DNA from: Chiloscyllium plagiosum
Lineage: Eukaryota
NCBI RefSeq assembly: GCF_004010195.1
Contig: NC_057743.1
Location: 19,536,192-19,600,191, forward strand
Direction of reading: 5' to 3'
Length of the DNA stretch: 64,000 nt
The notes beneath the pieces were generated by a model. That model worked only from the letters and a program-made list of their open reading frames with translations. It made no database searches and was not told the origin of the DNA. How positions within the stretch are numbered: position 1 is the stretch's first letter; each line of letters begins with the position of its first letter. The position numbers and the translations under genes were made by a program. Shown here one piece after another: positions 63,039 to 64,000 of this stretch.

Positions 63039-64000
63039 TCACGGAACAAAATATATGCCTGGAATTACCCAGCCTGGTCATGTTGGAGAATGTTATGCAG
63101 AGTGAGTAACAATTGAAGAGGAAGGTGACCAGAAGATGGTGGAAGAGATCATAGAAATGGGGGGGGAGGAGGTTGGTGTTGGTGGTGCTCGTGTAAGGGG
63201 TGTATAAGTTGCAAGACAAAGTGTCTCAAAAAGAGTCTTCCAAAGAGCTGAGATACACTGACTGAGAGATCAGTCTCTGATAGAGGAGCAGAGGGTCTGT
63301 GTGTGTGTGGAGGACTGTGATCCTAGAGGCAGATCTGTAGGAAATGTGGCAGGGGAGATGCATTGATCCAGTCGGAGGAACAGACAGTGGGAAATGCAGT
63401 GATCCAGTCAGAGAACCTGGTGGGGGGAGGGGGGGGGGGGGTGGAAGCAATGATTAGTCAGAGGAGAAGAGAGACAGCAGGAAGAGCAGAGGTCCAGTCA
63501 GAGAGTAGTCAACCAGGATTACAGTTATGAAGGTTATGGGACACATTCTTAAGTCAAGGAGAAACATAGGGCTGAGATTTGAAAGCAAAACAGAACTGGA
63601 AATCAATGCTGTTGGGGTGAGGCAGGCAGGCGGACACCAGGGAGATGGTTTTTGAAAGCATTAATTGTTGACCTGAGCCATGACTGGTTTGTCGTGATGT
63701 GCAATTTAATTGTAAGGTCTACTTTAATCTATTAACATTCACTTGCAGCAAACCAGGACTAATTTTAGAGTGATGTAAAGCTGTGATCAATTCCCTGGTC
63801 AGCTCCCTGGGTCAATGGACAATCTGTAAGGAAAACAAGCTGCAAAGCCGCAGTAATCTTTTAGGATTTAACATTAGGATGGGGAACGTAAATTCAGCTC
63901 TCCTGGAGTTGACCCTCAACCCCTTCCTCCAATCAGTAAAATGTTCACAGTTACAGAAACAATGGGAACTTCAACCGTAGTTAATAACTGACTGCATCGG

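Overview
Eukaryotic DNA, not prokaryotic. The repeat content (HE1-type SINEs with (AATCT)n tails, HER1/CR1 LINEs, Penelope-like elements) suggests a shark genome; this is an inference. The window carries the conserved vertebrate block SLC25A34 - TMEM82 - FBLIM1 on the minus strand: three 3' exons of SLC25A34, all six coding exons of TMEM82, and the first coding exon of FBLIM1. A two-coding-exon Bcl-2-family gene (probably bcl2l16/Bcl-wav) lies on the plus strand between TMEM82 and FBLIM1. An FBLIM1 intron contains a decayed ~7.1 kb endogenous retrovirus (2986-10112) with a 4-bp TSD, a tRNA-Ser(CGA) PBS, gag, an integrase-only pol remnant and a gamma-type env. The most unusual observation is that the env SU reading frame begins with two EGF-like modules, one of the calcium-binding type, which suggests a retrovirus that captured a cellular EGF-domain segment into its envelope. 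The window also holds many Penelope-like fragments with minimal hammerhead ribozyme motifs, several as short palindromic insertions with 14-17 bp TSDs, and a near full-length CR1 LINE with an esterase ORF1. All family assignments come from motif recognition by eye; no database searches were run.
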